64,000 nucleotides of DNA from Chrysomallon squamiferum (Eukaryota > Animalia > Mollusca). This document shows positions 46,650 through 57,318 of this stretch, one piece after another. The notes beneath the pieces are model-generated. The model had not been told where the DNA came from, made no database searches, and worked only from the letters and a program-made list of their open reading frames with translations. The stretch's first letter is position 1. Each line of letters begins with the position of its first letter. The DNA lies in assembly GCA_012295275.1 (NCBI GenBank), contig CM022667.1, forward strand, positions 10,788,001-10,852,000. The letters run 5' to 3'. The translations under genes and the position numbers were made by a program.

Positions 46650-47157
46650 GTTTGAAGGTTTAAACACCGAGAGGGACCAGAGAAATTGCTCCATAATACC
46701 TCATTACGTAACTGTTGCCTGCCGAAAAACCTGACTGACCACCGCCGGACAATAGACCGGCCATTCGGTTGGTCAGCTCCCATTGAACAGGTCCTCCGTT
46801 CTTCTCGGGGCAAAAGGCAAAAGCATAGCGAAGCGAAGACAGTGAAGTGAAGTGAAGTCAGTATGTTTTCATTTACTTGGACTACGTAATGTGGACAGAA
46901 CGATACGGAGCAGTATCCTCACCAGACGTGAAATTTTCCACCGAGTCAATCGCTGTTCGCCATCGGACAATACAAATTGAAAGTGAGATTGAAAACCAAT
47001 CAGAAGTATTGTTGCAATTTCATTATGATAATTGCGGCGCGCATTATCTGATAGTTGATAATCATAATTCGGGCATGCGCAGTGCCCGCCGCGGTAGATA
47101 AATTTGGAAATAAGTCGGCGGAGTGAATTTCTGTTTGGGATATTTTGTCGTTTAAGC
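46650..47157 (+). promoter_or_regulatory. ATG-proximal CpG island: 5' UTR and/or proximal promoter
   Basis: NF-Y-type AACCAATCAG (46994-47003), NRF1-like GCATGCGCA (47073-47081), GC-rich hairpins and uORFs directly upstream of the coding exon. Confidence 0.55.
46889..47101 (+). other. Candidate 70-codon upstream ORF (MWTERYGAVSS...RSARRGR*)
   Basis: ATG at 46889 and TAA ending at 47101, 56 nt before the main ATG. Non-repetitive, with no recognisable homology. Relevant only if the transcript includes this region. Confidence 0.3.
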
Positions 47158-47230
47158 ATGTCTCGCAGAAAACAGACGAAACCTCGACATTTGGATGGAG
47201 ACTGCGATTTGCCTGCTTTGATAGAAAACG
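47158..47230 (+). CDS. Sall: First coding exon of a zinc-finger transcriptional repressor with the N-terminal NuRD/RBBP4-binding motif; most likely spalt-like (Sall)
   Basis: ATG TCT CGC AGA AAA CAG ACG AAA CCT CGA CAT TTG translates to MSRRKQTKPRHL, matching the MSRRKQxxPxxL/F motif (SALL1 MSRRKQAKPQHF, BCL11A MSRRKQGKPQHL). The exon is 24 codons + 1 nt followed by GTGAGT, resembling the short phase-1 first coding exon of vertebrate SALL1. The family call is strong. Sall versus BCL11/FOG/ZNF423 cannot be settled without the downstream exons. Confidence 0.85.
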
Positions 47231-50200
47231 GTGAGTGATTCCTTTTTTTTTAATTTTATATATATATATATATGTATATATGTACACACGTGTGTGTGTG
47301 TGTATATATATTTCTCTATTTCCATTCATGCTTTTTTTTTTTGTTGTTAAAAGTACCCCTGAAATAGACACACACAGTGAAATATACGAGGGAACACGTG
47401 TGTCGGAATGCTATGCGGATATTAAACGATATCGTAGCTAACTAAATACTCACTCTCTCTCTCTTCCCTGTCTCTCTCGTGCGCGATATACCTTCTCCCC
47501 AAGCGTTTTTCTCGTGTTAACAAGGAAAAGAAAAAGAAAAAAGACGATTCTGTTTTTTTATATATATATATATACATACAATCACTGTTAACCTTTTGAA
47601 GCGTACAGTTACTTACTGTTGTTTACCGATGAATGTTTTGGTGTCATTATGTCGTGTTTTTTTTTTTTTTTTTTTTATAAAGTTATTTTTTTATTATTAT
47701 AATGTTTTTAAAAAAACTTGTCAGTGTGACAGTACCTCTGGGATATGACGAGTGTTTGTTTCCGCGTGCTTCGAGTGGGGTCGACCCACACCACGGGGTT
47801 TTCCAGTTGTTTTGTGCTGCTGTGTGTTACACGAGTCTGACTTGTCAGTTTCATTCCCAGTGTCTGTTTCTTTTTCACTTGTACACCTTCTCTCTTTTGA
47901 CTTTTTACGTTTTTTTCTTTTGACTTTTACAATTTTTTTTTTTTTTTTTACTTGTATACTGTTGTTTTTTTTCTTTTTTTTAACTCTTATAATTTTTTTC
48001 GTTTCTTTTCTTTTGACGTGTAGATCTTTTTCATTTTATTCTTCTGATTTGTATTTTATTTATTTTTTTGACGCTTACAGTTTTTCTTTTTGTTGTTATA
48101 TATTTTCACTTGTTTATTTATTTTTTAAATTACGTAATTCATTTCCGAAATACATTAACCATAATATATTCTTTATTTTTTTCTTATTTTATTTTATCGG
48201 CATTAGTTATTTAATTGTTTCAACTCATATATACTTCGTGTGAACATAATTATTATTTGACATAATGGTACATAAAATTTGAAACAACAACATTATCGTA
48301 ACATTTTAAAATTAACCTTTTAGATGATCATAATAATAATAACAGTAGTAATAATAATAATAATAATAACAGTAGTAAAATATTAACGTTTTAAGGTAAC
48401 AGTAAATATTGACGTTTTAGGTTTAATTTCTGTTCATACGTATGTTATGTGTGTGTTGAAAGAACGGAATGATTGTAGTAAATATAGTACGATTTTGTTT
48501 TTAAAATTTTATTTTCGAGAATAATTTCTACGACTCTGTGTGCATGCTGGTACAGTGGGTCGCGCGCGAACGTAAGCTTAATGAAATCCCGACATCTTTC
48601 GCAGTAGGTGATTCAAGTAAATAAACACCACGTTGTAAATCTGTAATTTTTACTTAATTTTAGTACGATGGTGCAAAAAAAAAAAATAAACAAATAAATA
48701 AATAAACTTTTATTATAATATTTTTTTTAAAAATTAAATAATAATTACACAAAGCAAACATATTTTTATTTTCTTAGATTTTTAAGAAAAAAATGCCTGT
48801 AACATGTACTACTATTACATTTCATTTTTTTTTTTTTTTTTTTTTTAAAGCGAATAACATTTTGCTTCATTGATTTTGCGAAATTATGATCATTAAATCG
48901 TTGTAAATCATTTTAGAATTACGAACAACAGGCGATTTGCGCCCCGTCACTTCCCTGCCTGCAGAAATCAAAGGCAAAACGTCGCGAAATTTACAATATT
49001 TCCTATGTCATAAAAACATATTTTAATATTAGCCAACACACACACCTGCGCGTTTTATCTACCTGAAATGGACACCTAGGGGAGGTGGGGGTGGGGGGTG
49101 TTGTTAGTGAAACGTACAACATCGTGTAACCTATCGGATGTCAAATATGAAACATTCCGAATCAGCCCCTTTCATTGAGGTGTGGTGATCTGTAGAAAGT
49201 ATAGGCAGATTTTTTAAAGGAATTTTGTTACAAGGGGGTCAGAGGCTGACGAATATTTTCTTTTTCATTAATCGTTTATTATGACCGCTAAACAATGGAA
49301 GAAATGGATAGGGGAATACGTTTCACATGTAGATGATATTGGGTGTCAAAACTGAACAGCTTGCATGACTGTAATCTGGGGGTATTATTATTTAAAACTT
49401 AAGAAAGATACGATGATATTAAATTTAAAAAAAAAAAAAGAAGAAGAAAACAAACCGAAAATACCAGATAGTCTTGCTTTGGTATGCGGGGTTTTAAAAA
49501 AAAAAAAAAAAAAAAAAAAATGCTTATATATCACGACAAATGTTTATTGTTTTGTTTTTTCGTGAATCATACCTACGCACATGTGCATTTCACGATTGAA
49601 AATGATAAGATCACGAGACAATTGAACACGCACGTGTGCGTTATTAATTATATTACTTGAAATACGATTTTGGTAAATAATTCTTCTTGCACAATTAACG
49701 TTTTAAAATAGATATGGTCATTTTCAAAACATATATATATATATATATTTATTCATATTCACATTCATGTTCATATTCGCTAGTCAAATGAACATTTCTT
49801 TATGCAGTACACTTTATAAATAATTTATTATATTTAAGTTTAAACAAAATATTTTAGCCTTTACAAAAAATGCTCGATATTAATTTGAAGAAATTGATTT
49901 CAAAGATGTCAGGCATATTTCTAATCCATAATGACGTATTGTAATTATTACAGCTTTGTTTTGTAATATGTGAACATTTATAATACATTTTTCACGTGTA
50001 TGGATTTTTTCTTTTCTTTTATTCTTATTTTTTTTGTTTTGACTTTCGAAAAAAACAGATGTTATTTTGACAAATACGTGCAAAGTGCTCTGTGTCTGAG
50101 AATTAATTTATTTAAAATTAATATTAAATGTTTAAATTACATTTAGCAACGATTAAATGTCTAATACAGAGTTGTATGTATTTGTGGGTTGGTGTGTTGA

Positions 50201-50858
50201 AGTTTGAGTTGACATCTGAATGTCGGAAATAAATTTTAAAATGTCTATATTGAAAATGCATTAAAACATTCACTTTCGATATATTCATTAAAAAAAATAA
50301 AAAATACATACATACATACATACACTATTATTACTACACTAAATACACAGACATTATTACAGAAATTTGTATGTATGTATGTATGTATATATTTGTTACA
50401 TTTACAACAAAATACCACTTCCAATATAGTCTTTTAAATTAGATTTTTATATTTTTTTTCGTTTAAAATTATTATTATTATTATTTTTTTTTTTTAATCA
50501 CAAACTACTTTCGTTCACAAAACTACAACACTGTAGTGTGAATGGATCACTGTTGAAAAATTCGTCCTGTTTGCATTAGTGCACGTAACAAAAGCTTAAG
50601 AAGAAAACGACGAGTATTAACAAGACAGACGTAGACAGAAAAAGTACTGATCCCTGAGCAAAATCCGTCAAACTAATACAAAGTCAGGTTGATTTCTACT
50701 CGCGAAATTGACGTTTTCTACTCGCTCTGCAAAACAGACATCTTCTTCTTCTTCTTCTTCTTTTAATTCAAACTTCAGATAAAAATATTTGTGACACACG
50801 AAATATGACATAAGTAACTCAAGAAATAGACGACATTTGTAATAAATTAAACGTTAAA

Positions 50859-50990
50859 TTTGTAACGTTCGAAATAGGTATTTGTAACGTTCAAAAAAGA
50901 TTTTTGTAACGTTCGAAATAGATATTTGTAACGTTCAAAAAAGATTTTTGTAACGTACGAAATAGATATTTGTAACGTACGATATAGATA
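50859..50990. repeat. 22-bp minisatellite, 6 units (TTTGTAACGT(T/A)CGAAATAGATA), with degenerate copies to ~51115
   Basis: Units start at 50859, 50881, 50903, 50925, 50947 and 50969. Confidence 0.95.
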
Positions 50991-51734
50991 TTTCTGAAAT
51001 AAAAATATACATTTGTAACGAATGAAACATGATCTACGTAACTCAGGAAATACACATCCTTTTTTTTGAATAAACAAAATTACAGTTGTAACGTACGAAA
51101 TAAACAATTGTAACATAGGAATTTAATATACACACAAAACACACCCTATCACATATAAATTGTTTAACTTGCTTTTAGATATATAGATGCTTTATAATGT
51201 ACGTTTAATACTTGAAATAAACATTTTAAAAGATGTGAAATATACACGTTTTTCTCTACATTTCTGTGCATAATAATAATAAGTCTATTTATTACAAGAA
51301 ACACACACACTATAACATCTATTTTTCGACCACATATAAAAAGATTATTTTAAAAATAATAAATAACTAAACAAATTACCACACACCTAAAGTAAATCAT
51401 ATTATAAATAAAAAAATAATATACACAAAATATTTAAATAAATAATAATGCTGCTTGAAACACGATCCACTAAAGTACACGAAAACTTCTAAACTGACAT
51501 TGATTAATAAAACCATGTTTTTCTCTTTAACGTTAAGAAAAATAACGCAAGATATGATAAACGGTAAATCCCGCGGTAGTAGTAGTAGTAGTAGTAGTAG
51601 AAGACACAGACCCTAGCAGGGGCGGGGTCCAGGGCCAAGGATAGTTAAATCTACTACAGAGACAATTAACGACAATTTGTACGTTGTCATTGTATACGCG
51701 GGGTGCATGTTTTTCAACAGAGGGGGATCGATAA

Positions 51735-52152
51735 ACGTGTTAAATTTGTCTGTCCTTTCAACGTATTTTAATGTCTGTTTCTTTCAACGCGTGACCAGTT
51801 CGAATGTGTTGTTTTAATAAGTTAATATTCGTCTGTTGTCTTAAGCATGTTATGCTGTTCGTCTGTAATTTTATTATGTTCATTTTTGTCTGGATTCTTA
51901 TTTTATTTAATTTTTTTTTTTTTTAGCATGTTAAATTGTTTGTCGATTTCATGTGTCGATTTAACATGTTAAAATTGGTTTTTTTGTTTGTCGATTTAAC
52001 ACGTTAATTTCATCTGTCGTTTAAAACATGTTAATTGTCTGTCGTTTTAACATGTTAATTGTCTGTCGTTTTAACATGGTAATGATCTGTCGTTTTAACA
52101 TGGTAATTTTTTGTCGATTTAACATTTAAAATTCGTCTGTTGTTTTTTAACG
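51735..52152. repeat. Degenerate ~24-bp minisatellite (TTGTCTGTCGTTTTAACATGTTAA)
   Basis: Near-perfect units at 52025-52105 and about 10 diverged units on either side. Confidence 0.85.
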
Positions 52153-52488
52153 TATGCAGCATCTCAGAATATTTCACAAGTTGAGAATTGGTTAAATGTT
52201 GCTTTGCACGGGGTTTATGGATTTCTGTGACTTTTAAACTGTGCTATTTTTGTATTTATTGCTGTTTTTAAAAATAGAAATAATAATGTGTTTAAAGAAC
52301 TCTTGTCTGATGTGTTAAAATGACTTATAAAACCACTCAGTGGATCCATAGAATGCTTGTTTTCATACGAAGTAAATTGCTATTATTTCCTTTAAACATT
52401 TTATAAGTATGAAATAATTAATAAACACATTTTTTAATATACTGTAGATGTATTTTTAAACATTTCGATTGTATACATAATGAGATAA

Positions 52489-52544
<56 letters not shown>

Positions 52545-52665
52545 CAGACTTTTCAGTACATCAATATATATCAAATTGCTGATATTTGATACACACATGC
52601 AAAATTATATTGTAATAAATTTTTATATATAAATATATACTGTTTGATTATTTCTTAAGCATCGA

Positions 52666-52728
<63 letters not shown>

Positions 52729-53373
52729 AAAATGTATATACACATAAATGCACAAATATACTATTCTTTATTTAAATCATATACATATTTTACGCATACA
52801 AGTTTAATTTTATATTTTTTATTTACTTAGCCAATAAAAAAATTATTATAATAAATTATGTTAAGTTTTTATATGCAGATAGTAAAATATATTTCAAAAA
52901 CAAATTAAATACTGAACAGGATTTAAGAATATCCGCAGTGTATTTATTTTTATTAAAATCAAACACGTTATAGTAAGTAATTTCAAATATCGATACCCCT
53001 GTTATATTGTTAATTTTTGTTCACGTAAATTGGCTCACGAAAACAAACAACAAACAGACAAAATTTAAATTACGATTTACACTAAAACTGTTACGTTTTA
53101 TACAGCGGTCAAATTACTGAAGTGTTAATTTATTTTATATATATGCATGTGTATATTTGTAAATACATGTACATGTGCATGTATATTAATATGTATGTAT
53201 GTGTGCATGTAAAGGTATGTTTATATTTGTATATAGTTATGTGTGTGTAGATGTATATTAATGTGTATGTGTGTGTGTGTGTGTGTATGTATGTATATAT
53301 ATATATATAATCTACATTTTGTATATTTGTATGGGTATGGGGGAGCGAGACGATTTTGTTATATTTATTTATT

Positions 53374-53406
<33 letters not shown>

Positions 53407-55098
53407 TACAAATTAAATTATTACATACAGCATATTCAAAAGTAAACGACATATTATTGTCACGTACATATTAGATTGAAGATAACGACGCAAAAACATT
53501 GTAAACTGTTTTTCAAATACGTGATGTAAAGTTTATACACAAACATGGATAAAATTCCGATGAACGTATGGAGAATACACACGTTCATATCTATAATTAG
53601 TAAATTTTATAAATAATTTCACACCGTTAAAAATAAATGAAAATTATTAAATTAAAAAAACAAAAAAACATTATCTTATTAAATCCATTTTTTTTTTTTC
53701 TTTCAAGTTCCCAAAAAGATAAATTAATTAAAAGAACAAAAAAAACAAACAAAAAAAACGAAGTATAAAAAAATAACAAAATTCTTCGGTTATATATTAT
53801 TTGACATTAAATCCAAGAAAATGGCGATATTTAAACAAGCTCTGATAAATAATTCAAATGTCAATCTCATACACAGGGAATCGATTTAATTAGAATTTCG
53901 ACATGAATTAAAAATTATATTGCACGTACATAGACGGTTAGGAATAATTAAGTATCGTGTCGATAAATTTTATATATTGCATCATGACGTGAATTGAATA
54001 TGCCAGTTCGTCAATAAATAATAAATTAGACTTTTTCACATAACCGTGCGTATTTCACAACAACAAATATAAATATTAAATTTTATATACACAAACACGA
54101 GAACAGTTTTCAATAAATGAAAATGATAAAAAAAAAGTGGTTTGTTTAAGTTTGAATGAAAACATGAAGTTTCGGAAGTTTTTAGTATATATCATTTATA
54201 TTTTTGCATCAGACTTTTGTGTTTTTAAAACGATTAATACTGAAGCATTTGTTTCTTCGTTTTATGTAATATTACGTTCAGTATTAATATGTGCACATGT
54301 TTATGTAAAATATCGATAAATATTAAACTGTAATTATTTTTTTCCCTTCTCGTTTTAAGAAATATATCGTTACTACGGCATAATACATTTAAAACATCGA
54401 TAAAAATAACAAAATGTATATATATGGTTTTTTTTTTTTTTTTTTTTTTAATTATTTCTACATTTAATATAATATAAGGAGTAGTTTTGCCATCACGTTT
54501 ATGAATCGATAAATACATATTTTTTAGTCTCACGTTTTATTGAATATATTATTAAAACTGAATATTGTTACATCAGCTATTAAAAATATTTATAAATTCA
54601 ACCATTTTTTTTTTCTTCTTCTCCTTTAGTGTTCAGAGGGGATATATATATATATATATTGTATATATTTTGTTGAACACCTCCTTTTCTCACTTACACT
54701 CACATACGCACATGCATCAGATTTTTGTTTAATTTTTAAATAAGTATCGTTTGTCTCAAACGAGAAAACGCGAGATAAAACGTTATTGTTAAACAAATAA
54801 CTTCCGTCTCGGACGCAAAGGGTCAGGCAGGCAGAGTTAAAGGGTATCCAAATAGTGTACGGATCTGATAAATAAACAACCAGGGTCGTAACGACTCTGG
54901 GTGTGAACGAGGGCCACTCAGGGTAAAGGGTATTTAGCTCGGGCTTTGATAATACTTTGTAGTATTTATGGTGACTGTTGCAGGGCCGGTTCTAGCAGAA
55001 TGTTCGTGAAACAGGGGGTACTACCGCTGTCGTTTTTGAGAGGGTATATCGAGATGAAAAGGATTTATAATTACAGAAGAAAAATAAATAAACAAATA

Positions 55099-55214
55099 AA
55101 TAAATAAATAAAATAAAACAAAAGAACAGTATTAATAACAACATAAATTAATAAATAAATAAAATAAAACAAAAGAACAGTATTAATAACAACATAAATT
55201 AATAAATAAATAAA
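55099..55214. repeat. Exact 51-bp tandem duplication (A-rich)
   Basis: AAAGAACAGTATTAATAACAACATAAATT at 55121 and 55172. Confidence 0.9.
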
Positions 55215-56499
55215 TTAGAACAATAGAAGGGTCAAACAAATTCGGGGGCGCTCTCGCTCGCTCTATGTGTCCAGCCTTAGATCATATTCGTTGGATACAC
55301 ACATGCGGTTGTTATCCATAAGAGAACGTTACACACTGAAAAACGGCAATTAATAATAAAAAAAGATACGTTCAGAATTTTCCCATAATAGCCAGGCATG
55401 TGGATTTAGTCCATTACTAAGTTCTGAAATGGACTGCAACATTTTCGTTCAGGGGTTCATTGTGCGAGACGTCATAACCGTTATATATTAAGATTCCGTG
55501 CATGCCACGAGTTTCGTTCGTGACATTTGGAAGAAGACGAAAGATAAGGAAAGAAAAATGACAAACAGGCTCGAGAACGATAATTATAAAAGTTATAAAA
55601 GTGTGTTTTAGATGACAAGGTGTACCAAACTATTGTTTGAGACCAATTTCTGTTTTTTTATATTAAATTTCTTTTTGTATTAAAACAAACACACACACAC
55701 ACACATACATACATATATACATATACACAAACACGTTATTTTAAATGCATTTTTAATCATTTGTAAAATAAACTCCATCAATTATTAATTAACTATTAAT
55801 TTGCTTATTTATTGTTTCATTATTATTTTTATTTATAAATTATTTATGTATGATCCATTAAATTCATGATGATTATAGTTTTTAATTTACATTTGTATAT
55901 ATATATATATGTATATAGTTATAGTACAATATTTTATATCCATTTAATTATATTGTAAGGCAATGTATCACTCTGCCATCAATATATATGTGTGTTTTAT
56001 ATGCAAATATAATACACACTTTTGAAACAAAAAATTATATATATGTAGCATTGATTATTATTTCTCTTAGAATTTAAGCTACAAGTTAATAGGACTGATA
56101 AAATGATATATAATTTAATTATTTTGTATTTTGTTTTAATCTTTTATAAATTATATATAAACAATAGAAATAAATATTTCTTTTGATTGCTGTAGATAAA
56201 AGGGAATATAACTTTTTTACCCATGCAGATGTAAAGATATTATTGACAGAAACATTTAAGCTCCAGGATTAATATTGTTTACACTAATTACTGATGTAGT
56301 AGTAGTAGTTGCAGTAATAGAACCGGCAGCAGTAAAATAATTTAATGAATAATATTAATCATTATCATCATCCATCATTCTCATTCTTTTTTCTCCTCAT
56401 CCTCATCATCATTATCACCATAATCATCATAATCATCATCAATATCATAACATATAAATAATAAATAATTTCCTACAAATACACAATCTTATTCAGCCA

Positions 56500-56530
<31 letters not shown>

Positions 56531-56533
56531 CCC

Positions 56534-56570
<37 letters not shown>

Positions 56571-57151
56571 GCACACACACACATTCATTCATTTGCAAAT
56601 CCCTGACTCCCAATAACAGTTTAATTATTTAAAACCCGTAGTCCTCCTCATCTGGGATTCTGCATAATTACTTGTGTGTTTAAAATTTATGTTTCCACTG
56701 GCAATCAAGAGCAGAGGTCACAGGGTTAAACGCCCAACTAGGAACAGGGAGAGACAACTCACCGATGTTAAATGGGATAAATTGATTTAGTTTTGACGTG
56801 GCTCATGTGTTAGCTTTCTTCGAGAGAGAGAGAGAGAGAGGGAGAGAGAGAGGGAGAGAGAGAGGGAGAGATTGCCGCTAAACAAAATGATCAGATTTCT
56901 GTTTTGTCAAACATGTAGCAGTGTGTTAATAAAAACTTAATGGCCGGTTGATGAAAATATATTTCCTTTCGGCATGTTGTATATTATAACTTGTTTTTGT
57001 GTGTGTGTGTGTATGTGATGGATTGAGATAGTAAAGAATAGATTTAACATTGCACTGTGTATATGAAAAAAAAGCAGGAATTCAAGGGCACTGTAAACAC
57101 TGAACATATATTTAAGAGTAATTTACTACCTACCAACCTACCTACATATAT

Positions 57152-57180
57152 ATATTTCTCAATATTGATATTATTCTTAT

Positions 57181-57261
<81 letters not shown>

Positions 57262-57318
57262 AACATATACATATATATATGTATGTATATAAGAATAAAT
57301 ATCAATATTGAGAAATAT
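57152..57318. repeat. AT-rich fold-back palindrome around an (AT)n core
   Basis: Left arm ATATTTCTCAATATTGATATTATTCTTATATACATACATATAT vs right arm ATATATGTATGTATATAAGAATAAATATCAATATTGAGAAATAT: reverse complements apart from one extra A. Confidence 0.9.

Noticed and set aside
47075-47090. CAGTGC as an iron-responsive element loop
   Set aside because: The flanks do not form the 5-bp upper stem with bulged C.
43441-51632. CTGGACCCGCCC (43441) and CAGGGGCGGGGTCCAG (51617-51632) as paired transposon TIRs around the promoter
   Set aside because: Only about 12 bp and imperfect. More likely GC boxes or ends of unrelated decayed MITEs; a similar weak remnant lies at ~54981-55280.
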